Under the pieces are notes generated by a model. The model ran no database searches, was not told the DNA's origin, and saw only the letters and a list, made by a program, of their open reading frames with translations. Position numbers and translations under genes: made by a program. A stretch of DNA of 64,000 nt from contig OZ296648.1 in NCBI GenBank assembly GCA_965655095.1, positions 193,874,001 through 193,938,000 of the forward strand. The letters run 5' to 3'. The DNA is from Haplodiscus bocki. Lineage: Eukaryota. This document shows positions 50,129-63,578 of the stretch, in pieces (within the stretch, counting starts at the first letter, position 1; each line of letters starts with the position of its first letter).

Positions 50129-51335
50129 AATGATGCTGCCCTCTTATTTCGATGCTTCCCGAGACATGGAGGACAGCAAGCACAAAAGTCCGGATTTTCG
50201 GTTGCCCCTTTACGCCTACACCGGAAGTTGTTTCATCAAAGCCACTGTGAAACAATATGCCAATTTAAAATGGAACACACCTGCTATTGTTTCAGTTCGA
50301 AATACTGGCGAGAGATTCGCTTACGTAGTAGTTACGTCATCGCATGCTTCGGACGCCACTCCGAGTTATTTTAGTTTGCCACCGAATGGCGAAACTTTGA
50401 TCAGTAAGTTATTTTGTAAGCCTGACAATGATGGAACTATTCTAGAAGTTACGTGGGGCGACGCAATTTTGAAGCATGTTTACGACCACTTTTCAGCAGG
50501 TATGTGCTTACAAACAAGTAAACAAATCCACGCTTTTCTAGTTTCGCCTTTCCAAATGAGCGATGCGCATAACCATCATGGAGATAAATTACCCAAGCGA
50601 GAATTTTGTTTGAACCCGCAGTTGCTGACAAAAAACATATATTCAACCCTGCTTTGTCTGACTGTAGATTCGAAAAAGCCCTGTAAAATAAATTCCAGTT
50701 CACTTTCTCTGGAGACTCCATGCTCATTTTCCGAAAACCCAAGCGTAGTTAGTTTTGACAAGCCCACAGAAGCTGACTTTCCAAGACTAGTTGCTTCGCC
50801 CCTTGGAGAATCGGACCGTAATGGAAATTCTGGGAAAGGCAAATCCCGGTCAGATGGAAAACCGTGGTGTACCAGTCCCCAAACTTTAGTCATGGAGTTT
50901 GGGAACGCAAGTTACCAGGAAAAGAAAAACGGGTTTGTGAAAATAGTGGGAGCTATTGCTGTGACAAACAACAGTAGTGAGTTGACATTGGGTTGCGAAA
51001 TTAGTTCTGCGAATGAAAAACTCAAACTTAGTTCGAATTATGTAAAGTTAGATCACAAAGAATCTCGAGACATTTCAGTCGAAGCTATTGTTAAATCGGA
51101 TCTGATGACATCATGTTCGAACAACAGTGGCATAGAAGGAACACCTGGTGGTGACAAAACTCTGTTCGACGAGGTTCTCTTCAAACTGATGTTCGAAGAC
51201 CGAGAAATGAGACTGAGACCTCCGATTTTTGATAAGACTGCCGTGTTTCTACCTGGTTCCAAACACATGATGACCAAACAGACTCGCGGTGGAGAAGTTG
51301 GGTCGTCCAGTTTGCACGCTCGCAAGATATTAGAT
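50129..51335 (+). CDS. CEP192: CEP192-like large exon
   Basis: Within the 417-aa ORF; LPLYAYTGSC, VSVRNTGERFAYV, LEVTWGD, WCTSPQTL; donor gat|GTGAGT. Confidence 0.9.
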
Positions 51336-51692
51336 GTGAGTACGTAATTCAGTTATTGTGTTCACAGTTTTTGAATGTTTTCCTGGGTTTTGTTATTATG
51401 TGGACTTTTGACTTAGATTTAATTTTGGTTTTGATGAAATCGATCATGAAGTTTGATAGCATCTTAAAGTCCTTGAAATAAGGCCTACGTGTGTAGATCA
51501 GATTGCTTCGGTTTTGGAATCTGGCTCTTTTCGGTCCTAAGAGTTGCTGCATTGACTTACCGGAACATGTTGAAATTAGGACTGAGAAGGAATTGGTCTC
51601 TGTTGCAGTCAGGAATTGGACTGAGAAGTCCTCTGTTGCTTGAGAAATTTTCCCGAAAGAGAACTTCCCTATTAGCTATCTTTCAATTTCAG

Positions 51693-51896
51693 GCTGATTT
51701 TGAAGAATCCTCATATTTGTCTCAATGTTGGCAAGTTCAGTTTCCCCAGACAAAAAACGGAGACTGGGCCAACGCGTGCCTGACCTTCACTAACCTGACA
51801 AATGGCAAACTCAAGTGGACCTTAACTACAATGTGCCATCCTTTCATCTCAGTGACCTCTAACCCCAACTCTCCTGTCCCTAAAGCACAACCGGCG
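51693..51896 (+). CDS. CEP192: CEP192-like exon (3' boundary uncertain)
   Basis: caatttcAG (phase 0); VQFPQTKNGDWANACLTFTNLTNGKLKWTLTTMCHPFI. Donor phase to the 54117 exon is not resolved. Confidence 0.7.
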
Positions 51897-52084
51897 GTTA
51901 CAACTGCACCAGGGATGCGCAATAAATTCGCGAATAGTCCCTTCTTGAACTTAAATTGGGAACGGCTCAAGTCGGCGCCGCTTGTGTTGCTTGCTCAAAA
52001 TGGGGGATCTTCTTTTTTTCGGTACCATAAAATTCGACGATCCATGGGTTTATTCTAAATTGGGGAGGGTAGGGAGGTTCTTTG

Positions 52085-52520
52085 AAAAACTAAAACTAGA
52101 CGTTTTTTCTGAAAAAAAAAGAATTTCTAGTCTCGAGCCCCTATCTATGCCTTTAAAGCCTTTTGTCCTACCTTTTAAAGCAGCGGATCGCGGTAGCAGA
52201 AAAATCAGGGGGTGGTAGAACCGTAGAAAAACGAAAACACCTTGAAATAGAAACCGAAAGAAAGTTGAGTTACTTAATCTCGAACCCTTATTTGTGGCTG
52301 AAGAACCTTTTGTCCTGCCCTCTAGAGCAAAGGGCCGGGATAGCAGAAAAATAGTTAGGTGGTAGAACCATAAAAATACAGAAAACACCCTGAAATAGAA
52401 ACATACCGAAAAACTCTGAAACTAGACGATTTTCCCGGAAAAGATTTTGGACATACCTACACACGAAATCTTATCTATGGCTTGAGGACCTTTTTGTCCT
52501 AACCTCTAGACCACCGGGGC
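52085..52520 (+). repeat. Diverged tandem repeat, about 3 partial copies
   Basis: Recurring ctcga.ccc.tat.t.tggc..ccttttgtcct and gtggtagaacc..gaaaacacc.tgaaatagaaac blocks. Confidence 0.7.
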
Positions 52521-54116
52521 CTTCTACAGTACCAATCATTTTGGGTTGGGAGTGCAAAATTTTATTAGAATTTCATCGATTTCAAGGTCGTAAAAAACAA
52601 AAGCGACTGTAATAGTCTGTCACTTTTTCTTCTAAAAAGCGAGAGCTAAAAACAATGTATTTAAAACCACTTCTAAAAAGCGCTCGCTAAAAACAAAGTA
52701 TTTAAAAGTACAAAGTTCTCCAAGCAAATATTGTATTTGTTTAAGTTAGTATGTATAACAGATATAGATTCAAGGAATGTATTTGTGATATTCGGCATTA
52801 CCCCATTAGAAAAAATCTGTCGTGAGCAGACCGTTTCTGTTGCCAAAACAGTCTTACAAAGGTATAAAATAACAAGACTACTGGTAGCGCGGGCATATTT
52901 TTCGCCCGGTATATATTTAATCGACAAATTCATATGCGAGAAATTTTCAGCTAGGTTCTGGTGAAAAGGTCTTGAGGCTAAATCTGAAGTCTTCGAAGCC
53001 GAGGGTTGGGGATTCGAATATCTTTTCCTTTTATTTTTCTAGTAAAATTATTGTCAAAACTTGTCTGAAAAAGAATAAAATCGACCTTTCTCATCGATTA
53101 ATTGTTCTTCCATATTTCAAAATATGGTTTAAAAAATAACGCAGGGAACGGGCCAAGTCGGCGACGCACGTAGGGAACGACATATCCATGAGGGTGCGTC
53201 AGTTTTTGAAAAATTAAGACTTTTTCGACAAAAATTTGGAATAATTTTTTCTTGAAACTTGGTCACAAAGCGGCAAAAAACTAATAGGGGGACTTTTTGG
53301 TACGATATCTACTGCTTGGGGAATTCATTAGTTCAGACATTATGGCTCTTTGCCTTTGCAAGAAAGTTTTGCCATATATGGGGGGAGGGGTGGTATCCAA
53401 AAAATATTGGACCAAAGGTGAGAATTTTTGTGTACAAGAACGTTATTTGCATGTTTTCTGTATTGGTTGTACTTGTTAGTAATATAAAACTACTCTTCTG
53501 TTTTGAATGCATGAAATCGACTCGCCATTTTCTTCGAATACACGATGAAAAAACTAGCCATTGTTGTAGTACTCAGGCGCTTTTACTCAATTGTAAAGTG
53601 CCCACTAGAATTATATGTATAACAAGCCGAGAATGGTCCAAGTCGGTGGTGCCCGTACGGCTCAACAAATCTAAGGGGGTTATCAGGAAAATTGTCGGTA
53701 CTTGGTTTTGGAAAAAAGTATTGAGATTTTTGATTTCCGCTTTTTGGGATTTTTGTATTCTGAGCGTATTGTATTACGTTTTCGGGCTTTGGGGTCTCCT
53801 TTCTATTACGACTCAAGGCCAGGACCCCAATATTAGACTGTAGAATTTTTTTTAGAATTTAGTCGATTTCGTCGGTCTTGAAAGTGAAAAAAAAACAAAA
53901 GCCACTGTAATAATCGGGCACTTTTTCTTCTAAAAAAACGCCGAATAAAAATACAAACACGGACCAGACCCAGAGATATCAGTAGAAAAATGCATCGTCA
54001 AAACCGAAGTGAAATAAAGACACCGAACTATAAAAAAGTAAAAGTACATTTAGATGGATATTTGTCAAATTAATCAATTGGATTTTTATTGTGCATTCCT
54101 CTGCTTCGTGACGCAG

Positions 54117-54354
54117 TGGAGCCCGAGTTCAGCAAACCCACTGGACCTTTTCTGACGTTGTTCAAAGTGAAGCAACAAGTGTTCCGGTTTGAAAGAACTT
54201 CCGGGTTCTTGGACTGCGGGGCAACTGCTGCAATCAGGGCAGAGTTCGCGCCCTCGGAGAGTGGCAGTTTCATCCAACACTGGGAGTTGTCTTTCCAGAA
54301 ACGAGTTGCCACAGAAAGTGAGAAAGCTTGTCGCGTTCAAAGGATTTATCTCAA
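54117..54354 (+). CDS. CEP192: CEP192-like exon
   Basis: QVFRFERTSGFLDCGATAAIRAEFAPSESGSFIQHWEL; aa|GTTAGA (phase 2) fits 56608. Confidence 0.8.
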
Positions 54355-56607
54355 GTTAGAAAGTTTGGTACATGATTAAACAAGACGCCCTTCTATAACC
54401 GAGATATTTTCCGCCTTCCACGTTGGTTAAAAACATTTTTTCTTAAAAGTTCTGAAAAAAATATTGCATGTTCCATTCACAGCCATCTTGCTGAAATTTG
54501 GTTTTAAAAAATAGTGCAATTTGCCTGAAAATACCAGAATCGTGTGATTGGAAAGCTTCCTGCTGAAAAATGCACACAGCAACAGGATTGTTTTCCCTCC
54601 ATATTGAAATAATAAGGGCGAAAATAATATGATTAAACACAGCTATTTAAAAATGTGGAACGTTTGATAAGGTGCTGAAAAAGCTCTACCGCAAAAAGTC
54701 GGAAGTTTTCACACCTTTCATAATTAGCAAACCCTTCTGCTAGTTCGGCAGATTAAATTTTCAATTCAATTTTAATTTTATTTTGGCTCCGGAGTCACTT
54801 ATCATGCTGAAGGAATCAAGCAGTTGAGGGATTGTAGGGGATAATTTGAGTCTTTCTCTATGTTCACTCGGCATGAGCATCATCATTACGCCATAACCGA
54901 AACACAATCGCTGACTTCAACTCGCTTTTTTATTTGCTCGTGATTTATTGTATCGTTCACAACTCGCATTTATTTCGTAATTGCGCTATTTTTAATCGCT
55001 TCTGGCCGCTAACTTCTATCCCAATTAGGTCGATTTGTTGCTTTTAACTTGTAGAATACCATAAGGAAAGCCAAAATTCGAAATTTGGCTTTCAAGGTGT
55101 TTTGTTGGTGGAAAACTCACGTGTACGACATTATGTCATTACTCTCTGCTGCTTAATTAGTATCAGCAGATTGATAAAAAGTTTTTCGAACTAAAGTTAT
55201 TTTTCCGTGAAAAAAAATAGTCTTTAAATGCGGGAAACAATGTAACTTAGATTGCCAGCGATTTTATGTGGCGGTTTTTTCAATTTTATTTTTTATCAAA
55301 GAACATATGTTGAGTTGAAACCTTGCATTTGATATTCATCAATTTACCACATGGAAAGAATCCTAAAGCAACAGATGACCTGGTTCCTAATTTTTTAGAT
55401 AATAAGTCTGTCTGTAAGGTGCTTTTTGTTGACCCGAAAAAAAATTTCAGCGAAAAATTCAAACTTTTGACATGTGATCAAAACTGTTCATCCACCGAGT
55501 CTCAATCGATATTTTCACCTATTGTTTGACACTCGTGAGTGACCAGGCTTCACTACTCCACAGGCTCCGCGATTTAACTCGAATTGCATTTCGAATTTCA
55601 GAAATTTTAGAATTGCACTTTCTTTCGAGAATGTTAATATCAATGACTAGTTGTCAGTTTGGGAATATCTTGTACGCATTGCGACTCTCTCGCAACGTGG
55701 TTTTTCTGGTAAGCAGCAGGGTTGACATTTTCTTTACTTTTGCTCAAGTTAATCAAACTTGTGATCGCAAAATCAAAGTTATTTTCATTTTCCTCTTTCA
55801 TCGGACAGCGTTCTTTCTCGAAGAATACCAATCGGGTAGCAAGTATTTACTACTAATTCGATTATTCGGCAAGTGGTGAATTTAAGCTGTTCAGAGTTAG
55901 CTTTTGTCTGTTTTAATTTTTTCCTGCGAATTATCTGACATTGTTTCTTGGAAAACTCACAAGAACTTCAATTTCGTTTTTTTGAAGTTTTCCTTACGTC
56001 ATTTTATTTTTCAGAAAAAGAGCCTTTTATTGAAAGTTGTGATAGTTTTAGGTATCTTTTTCTTAGCTGAATCTGCATGACTTTGATCACCTTTCAATAT
56101 TGCCGAGAAAGTATCAAAACTTGTTTTTCATACTCTTAGAAGTTGTCCGAAGTTTAGGCTTTCCTCTGTTTGTTTTTAATACTGATCGGTACACTTCTCA
56201 AAGAGTTGGATTTTTTGGGTTGCCAGTTTTGCGGAGCTCCGCTTCGTCTCTGTTTAATTTTTTGGACAAGATAAATTTAAACAATTTGTGGGAAGATCAG
56301 ACGTTCGTAACTTCACAAATGCTAGTGCGATTAGAAACACACAATATTAATCTGATCGCCTCCCCATATGGAACACCTTTTAAACACTATTCTGGAGCAA
56401 TGGATTGTTGAAGAGTTTTTGGGACTTAGCATTTTGGTTAATCTCTATTGATCTCACGTCGGGTTTATGAATCAAAAGTTTGATGTGCACATCTAATTGG
56501 ATTGTGTTCTCTTTGGCTTTATCCGTCCTTTGGCCTTTAATTAATGGGAAGTTTTTTGACGGCGTAGTCTTTTCTGATGCATGTTTCTCAAATGTTGAAA
56601 AATAAAG

Positions 56608-56875
56608 ATTGTGCTCTTTACCGTTTCCTGCCACCATCACCGTTGTTTCCAGGGGTTCTAGTTTTGGATGGGGCCGCTTTAAGGGTGTGAGAGACTCTTC
56701 GCCCAAGACGAGAATGGAGAGAATAGACTTCATTTCGGATCTTCCCTCGGAGCTGAGAGAAAAATTCACAGTTTTTGTGACTGAGTCAATCATCCGGTTT
56801 GAAGAAACACCTTGTGGAGCAACTGACAGAAAGTTCCTCTTCATACGCAATTCGGATGCTGCCAAACAACACCAG
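56608..56875 (+). CDS. CEP192: CEP192-like exon
   Basis: VFVTESIIRFEETPCGATDRKFLFIRNS; cag|GTTAAA (phase 0). Confidence 0.8.
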
Positions 56876-57386
56876 GTTAAAGAATGACAATTTCCAGCAA
56901 CACGGCTGGCAAACTCCGCGATATTTTTTGTTAATTAATTTGCTAAAAAGTACTCGGTATAGATGAAGTTTCGGAGTTTTCTCAGTAAGAAACAATGACT
57001 ATGAACATTTCTCGCCATGTTTAAAAAATGGACCTATCCGTGTGCATGATTTTGGTGATGAAGGACCCTCTCATATGGATCTGCCAAATTTTTTTAATGA
57101 TACCCCGTCGAAAGAACCCAAAATCAGATAATTCTATTTTAGACGAGGCGATCGCATCAACTCGGCATTCCCGGCTTTTTAGGTCTAGTGATTGACATGA
57201 ACGTCCAAAAACAAAATTTCCCATGTTCGTTTGATTTTTCAATAATGATTTATGATCGTGCTCCTGTTTGGGTCAGTATGTGTAGCAAAGCTTTTCACAC
57301 TTCTCCTGTTTTATTAATGAAATCGATGCTACTCAAATATGAAGTGCTTAACAGTTCATTCGAGGAGTGAAATTTTTCTGTTTAAG

Positions 57387-57691
57387 GTCAAATTTCTCAA
57401 CCCCGAACCCCCGTTTGTTATGAACCACGGAGGCTACGAAATCGGTACCAGAAGAATTCTGAAGGTGCCTGTTGTGTTCAAACCAACTAGTCCTGGAACT
57501 TATTCCTCTTTTTTCATCATAATCACAGACTCGCCTTCCAAAAGTGTCATTCCCACTTTTTTGCACGGAGTAGCTGTCAAACCCAAAAGCAAAACTCTGG
57601 CTGAACCAACTGCTGCGTTGTCGAGTGAACAGACAATTCTGGAGTCACCAACGTCGTGTGATACTACCAATGATGGAGATATTGCCTCAAG
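57387..57691 (+). CDS. CEP192: CEP192-like exon, last ASH domain
   Basis: VKFLNPEPPFVMNHGGYEI..VPVVFKPTSPGTYSSFFIIITD..LHGVA matches the recalled CEP192 C-terminal domain; ag|GTTAAA (phase 2). Confidence 0.88.
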
Positions 57692-58159
57692 GTTAAAATG
57701 AATAGCAATTTTGGTTTTTGAATTTTTTTTGTTGTCAAAATTCAATCTGAATTCAAATAAATAAAAGGTGGAGAAATAATTTTGGCTCACGATATGAACC
57801 ACCGTCGTGAACAGAAACATTGTTCTTTTATCACTCGACGTTGAATTGTAGGATCTAAAAGAAAACTGCGTTTCCGAGAGGTATGATGAAGCTTGAATTG
57901 TTGTAGACTTAGTTTTCAGCGGTCACATTTTTTCCGATCTAATTGAAAATTTACAAGTTCAAGCTCAAGAGAGCTGATAAATCTCTCAGTGAGGCGGACC
58001 AGTGGCTCAGTGGTCAAACACTAACGCCACAAGATCGCAATCTAGAAGGATTTTGGGGTCGCAACGCACAAAGGTCCCAATGTTTTCTCTCACTATAAAC
58101 AAATAGAGCTTACACAGCTCTCCCCAATACCTATTTAACTATCGTATGTGTTGGTTCAG

Positions 58160-58412
58160 GATCAAAAGCCACAGTGAGGAAAGTTTTGACGAGTTCATCA
58201 AATACACAGAAGAGGCTCAATCTCTCGTGTTTGCCAACTCTTCTACTGTGACGTCATCATGGCTCTCGTCATCTTTTCAACGTCATCTCTCGAACGAGGA
58301 TGGGAGCGAAAGATCACTGCATGCAAAACAAGGATGCACTTCTTCGACTATTGTGGAAACACAATACATGCCGCCAAGCAGTACCGACCTTGATCTTTCG
58401 CCCCACATTTAA
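58160..58412 (+). CDS. CEP192: Putative terminal (or penultimate) exon of the CEP192-like gene
   Basis: ggttcAG acceptor, phase 2 compatible; open frame to TAA. Confidence 0.6.
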
Positions 58413-59022
58413 TATGGAAGAAAAATCATTATTATCAAGAGTCGTTTTTGCTTTGTCTATCTAGGAATTAGGCGAAAGCTCAAGGCCCATTATTTTTGCT
58501 GTTTCACAAGCGTAACCACAGACTATTTAAAAATGAATTTTGGCGCGAGTAGATTTTCGTCTGTCGATATTTTTTGGAACCTCCCGGATATGAATCTATT
58601 CCATGTAGCGCTCTTGATTTGTTTCATGAAACACAACCAAGATTTTGCGGGCAGATAAATTTTTTAGATAACAGAAAGGTCATATTGAGACATCGAATAG
58701 ATGGTATCTGATTACACTTTAATGTCTCACAGGTGATTGACAGGTGGTTGACCTTTTTAGAAGCAAATTCGGGAAATTTTGGGCATTTCTTCTTTCGTTA
58801 ATCTTCTTTCGGTGAAACGGTTTTTGAAACGAACATATCATTGCGGCAGTAGTTTCCAACATGTTTTGTTACTGTATTCAAGAAAAAGATATGTGATTAA
58901 AAAATATGGAGTCAGAAGCCTAACATAAATGCAAGGAAAAACGGAACTTCTGAAGCTTTGCCCGAAAAGAGACATTTTCTAAAAAGAACTATTTTTTTAA
59001 ATACATTTGGGTAATTTGTAAG

Positions 59023-59323
59023 GTCAGCACTTCGTGCATTAACAGCTTCTAAATCTACCTTTGTGCAATCCACTCCAGTTTCGGGCAGTGGCACTGCTTT
59101 TGAAGACAACATGTGCGTAGAGTGTGACCTTCCTCAACAATTACCCAGCGTGGAGGAACTGCAAGACAGTTTACCCAATCAAGATACCGGACATGCTTCA
59201 GCTTCTGTTGTGCAGCTGGGACCAGCGCCTTCGGTTGCCGTGAGCTCGACTGTTGTTGGACAAGTTGCCATTAACCGAGACGAAATTGGGGTTGCAGAAC
59301 ATATTTCAGACACGAAAAAATAG
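59023..59323 (+). CDS. CEP192: Putative alternative terminal exon of the CEP192-like gene
   Basis: ttgtaAG acceptor, phase 2 compatible with 57691; open frame to TAG; AATAAA follows at ~59384. Confidence 0.55.
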
Positions 59324-61997
59324 AGTAGCGACAGGGTTGTTTAGTCGATTTTTACCATAATTAATGAAAAATTTTAACACCCCAATAAAGACAGCGAATG
59401 TTGAAAAATGAGCGCATTGTCATTTTGACTGATACTACGTCCGCTCTTTTTTAGCCTATTCCCAACGGCGCAGCCTTTAAGTTTTTTTCTCATTTTACTA
59501 AACTAGGCGTCACGCAGAGTTGATTGGAAAAAAGCATTTTTGAGCTTAAACACCGTGTTTTTGTTTAAAAAAAAACTAAAATAACAACCCTGAATTGTGT
59601 TAGTATTGGAGGAAACGCTTTGAATGGGAAGTTTCTTGAGAAATATTCTCTTTTGTTCGTTATTGAATGTTGGATGTGTAATTTGATGACAAGATCAAGG
59701 AACAAATTTGGTGGCTCACAAACTTGCTGCTCACCTTCTTTGCTTTTAATCCTTCTTCTTTGTTGTTTGAAGAAATGTTGAAATGTGTGACCGACCAGCG
59801 CTATTAGCGAAAAGAGATAATGAGAATCTTACAATGCAGGAATGAATCTAATGTTGATTATGATGATTGTTTTTAGTGTGATTATTGGAACTTAAATTGA
59901 ATTGATTTTGATGAGTTCGTGTGAACTTTATAAACTGATCAAACTTTTGCCCCCCTTTGTTCTTGCTGCTCATAGTGTTGCCAAGTCCCAGAAAACTTTC
60001 GGGTAAGTTGCAAGTCAAGTTCCTGCAAAAACGGTCATTTTTCCCTGATGTATAAAAAATGATTTAGACTATTGGCTCTTTTTCTTCACACGTTAACGGT
60101 TGAGATTAAGTTATTGCAAAACAATTCATTCGATGTAAGTTTCTTTATAATGGTTTAATTTTGGCAATGGTATTCAACATTTTTCAAATATGTAAAAATA
60201 CCTTGGGAAATCTTTTTGTTATCCGTTTGAAATTCAATGCGAATTTAAATATGGCAATGTGTTTGAGGGGGGTGGGAGGTAGGGAGGCAAAGTTCTATTT
60301 TTTCATCTCAGAGTGTTAAAAAACACAATCAGCAGGTAAAATGGGGATGAATGTAGCATAACTTGGCAACATGGAACCTGTTTTGTTGTAATGTTTTGTA
60401 AGCTGCGCGGGGACAGGATGTAGTTTCGTCTTCAGAATTAGCAGTTAAAACCATAGATGTTACTGTTTAATACACGATAAAATAAAATTGGTGTAAAAGA
60501 TCAATCAAACAATAATTTAAACAGGCTGCTATTGGAGAATTTTGCGGCCAAAAACAAGATGTAATTGTCATTTATTATATACAAATCAAACGGGTAAAAA
60601 TTTGACTTGAGAACTACTCAAGGTCGATGTACTCTGGAGCTCCTAATATGCTGGAGGGTTTTTTTTGCAGGGTTATAAATATATTTTTAATAGCATTTCG
60701 TTTGACAAATGGACAGGGGCTACCCATTATATTCCTAACAAGGCAAGTTGAACTTCTATAAACGATGAATCCTTACGTTTTTCATTCAATCCCATATTCA
60801 AAACTAAAACATTGAGTGTTATGAGTAATTTTTTCCTCTAACGCTAGAAAAAATGTTTATAGTACACTTTCAAGTTCAAAATTTTATCGGAAAGTTGAGT
60901 GTGAAAAATTTTATGTTTTATATTCCGTGTCTATATGTAAATATGGAAGGAAAATCATTTACTTAACGCATGGGTTTCTCAACGTTTACTTGCCAATTCA
61001 TGAGATAATTTGAATTTGAAAAGTTTAACAATCTTTAACGACCAAATTATAGCAAATTTGCCATAAAATGCAAATGAAATGGTAAGATTTCTCAAAACGT
61101 ACAAAAATAGGGTTTAGTGAACGGTTGGTTTCTTTGAAATTTTTCAAGAAAAAATTGGGAAAAGGCAGCAAATTTGATTTAGAATGCGGATAATGGATAA
61201 TATGGTAATATTTTTGAGAAATGCCTTTTTGGGACCAAAATTTAGCGTTTTCTTATTTCGGAAATTTTTTTCGAAATCCGAAATTTTCCAATATTGAGAA
61301 ATTAGGCAATGTGATATAGAACGCATATAGGGGAAATTTTTCCTACCAACGCATTTTTAATAAAGTTGGAGAACGGAAAATAACTCAGTGGCAGCCGGGT
61401 ATCTTTTTTGCTATCACCTTCTGAATTCAACCAGGGGGTTTGAATCAGCGCCAAGGGTCATCAATTTTAGGCTTCTGACATTACACGTGGTAGGAGGGGG
61501 TTCTGTTCGTGCTTATTAGGAGCCCCAGAGTAAGACGTCCAGTTGAGAGAACCATCAGAACTCTCGGTGTAAGTATTTATAATTTTTGTCTTCAATTTCT
61601 TATTTTGAAAAAGTGTTTGCTAAAGTTCTCTAACATAGTTTCTTTAACCTAGTTTTTCCATAAATACGTCGGAAATGAGCTAATATGCGGCTATTTTAGT
61701 TGCTGAAAAGGGAATTTTTCAATGATAAGTTTTGTGTTTGAAATTACAAAATAGTAACTATTAGGCGTTTGTAGGTGCTAAAAGTAAAATCCACCCCTGG
61801 CTATTATAATCAAGTCTAAAACTCATTTTTCAAAGCTGATTACGTCTTCCAGAAAATACATAAATTCTTTATAAAATAAATTTTTGATGTGAAACTTAAA
61901 TTAGAAAACTATCTTGGCACTTATCCCCGCACAGCCTCGTTATCTTGTTAAGGATATAAGTGTGATTTATTTATAATTTCTCTTGAAAAATTCTCAC

Positions 61998-62059
61998 TTA
62001 ATTGAATCAACGACCCTGCTGTAGTTGTATTAATTGAATCAACGACCCTGCTGTAGTTG
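61998..62059 (+). repeat. Short tandem duplication (32-bp period)
   Basis: ttaattgaatcaacgaccctgctgtagttg occurs twice. Confidence 0.9.
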
Positions 62060-62432
62060 AACTTAAGTTGGTTCTTTTTGTTTTGACCAAAAAATTGTCA
62101 TCAAATGTTGATTCAAAGTTGACATTCTGAATTGAATTGAATTTTAGAAACTTTCGAGGTTTAATAAAATCATTGTAACTTTTAATCTACTTTTACATCG
62201 AATCCGGCCAGTTTGAATCAAGTGGAACAATAATTTTGTCAACAACCGAATTCTTTCAGAACAGCCGAAATTCAGACCAAAGTTGATGGGTAAGGCCAAG
62301 TGGTAATTCACAATCCTGGTAACCGAAAGTTACACTATCTGATGCCTTTGTTACGGATTGTGTAACTCAGTAAGTTACAGGCTGGCAGTGGCTTTAAAAA
62401 CTCGTGAAAGCATTGTCAACTGAGCGACCTGA

Positions 62433-62714
62433 ATGGAAACAGGCCAAGATCGTCAGACCTACAACTACTCTATTGTTCGGGAGCCAGAAGTGTTTGCAAT
62501 TATCTCCTCTGACATTCCGCCACACACTCATCAAAGTCGTCCTTCGGTTCCAAATCCTGAATGGGCATCAGGCGCAAATTTTCTGTTATATTCTAGGAGA
62601 GAGTGTTTTACGGAATTTTTCTGTATGTTTTCTTTTGGAGTGGATGCAAGTTTGGAGGACATCATGGCTATTTTTACGTTGTCAAAAAATTCGCAAAATC
62701 ACTGCTTATTTTGA
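62433..62714 (+). CDS. 93-aa ORF of unknown function in a probable upstream exon of the TMEM147 transcript
   Basis: ATG-initiated ORF between a ttctttcAG acceptor (62259) and a strong aag|GTAAGA donor (62730). Confidence 0.35.
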   Translation: METGQDRQTYNYSIVREPEVFAIISSDIPPHTHQSRPSVPNPEWASGANFLLYSRRECFTEFFCMFSFGVDASLEDIMAIFTLSKNSQNHCLF

Positions 62715-63578
62715 GATTCAAACCCGCAAGGTAAGATTAGGGACTGTTTTGTCTCAGCCATGTGGCTGCAAAGCCTGAGGTTGTCCACTTTGTATACTGA
62801 CCTCATGAAATTGAAAATTTTGACAGTCATTGAGACGAAACCTTGTACATGATTAGTTGGAGCTGTTTATAAGATTGCAGTGACACTAGTTTTCTTCAGA
62901 CAATCAAAAGCGATGAAGTTCAAAAATTTTAAATTTCACTCAAAAACGTCGATGCAGGGCCCAAGTTAAGCCGTGCTTGCCATACGGCGTATTGAACATT
63001 TTGCGCTGAATTCTATGAGCAGCAACTCATTCAGCAGTGTTTTGATACAGGTGCATGTAGCGGCAAAAAACACGAAAATTCTTGTATCTGTACACAATGT
63101 ATCGATTTACTAGAAATCTGAAAAATGAACGTACACGGGCAGAAAAATTTCGTGTTGCATTCTTGAAATCACAAGCTATTCATGATTAAATGTACAAGTT
63201 TTGGGGTCACAAAGTTGTGGACCACAAACTACCTCAAAGTCGATCACTTCTTTGTCCTTCTAATCAAGCCCTGCTTCTTTTTATTTTAAACTTCTATAAC
63301 TCGCGATGTTCAGGCTGTTAAAATGAGCAACTTGCTTTAACAGAGGTAAAGTTTCACTTGGACCATTTCCGGCTTATCTTGAATTGCATCTACTTGAACG
63401 TTCTGATTAATATTTCCTGCATAATCGTTTGAAATCCTTCTTTTTGGTATCGAAACGACAAAATCATTTCTGTTTCAGGTTGTATTTGTTGAATAGTTGC
63501 TTTTTCGCATCTGGTTGGACTTTCGCTTGTTTTCCCCTCGAACGTCTTTAACCTCTAAAGGTGAACATCATAACAATC

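Larger units (their letters stand above)
299..59323 (+). other. CEP192: Multi-exon CEP192/SPD-2-like centrosomal protein gene (5' part lies outside the window)
   Basis: Mostly phase-compatible exon chain. Translated exons match the order of CEP192 C-terminal ASH/Ig-like domains as recalled: VQIWNPTNVPV, YELGNMKPG..FENRS, VEPEGPVYTV, LLKNNSS, LPLYAYTG..VRNTGERFAYV, VQFPQTKNG..LKWTL, FAPSESGSFIQHW, and VKFLNPEPPFVMNH..VPVVFKPTSPGTYSS. Confidence 0.85.

Noticed and set aside
53259-53843. 194-aa ORF as a gene
   Set aside because: Lies within dispersed repeat copies, has intron-like F/I/L/K/C-rich composition and shows no recognisable domain.
56380-56865. 161-aa minus-strand ORF (and similar antisense ORFs over exons and Polinton genes)
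   Set aside because: Shadow open frames of real coding sequence on the opposite strand.
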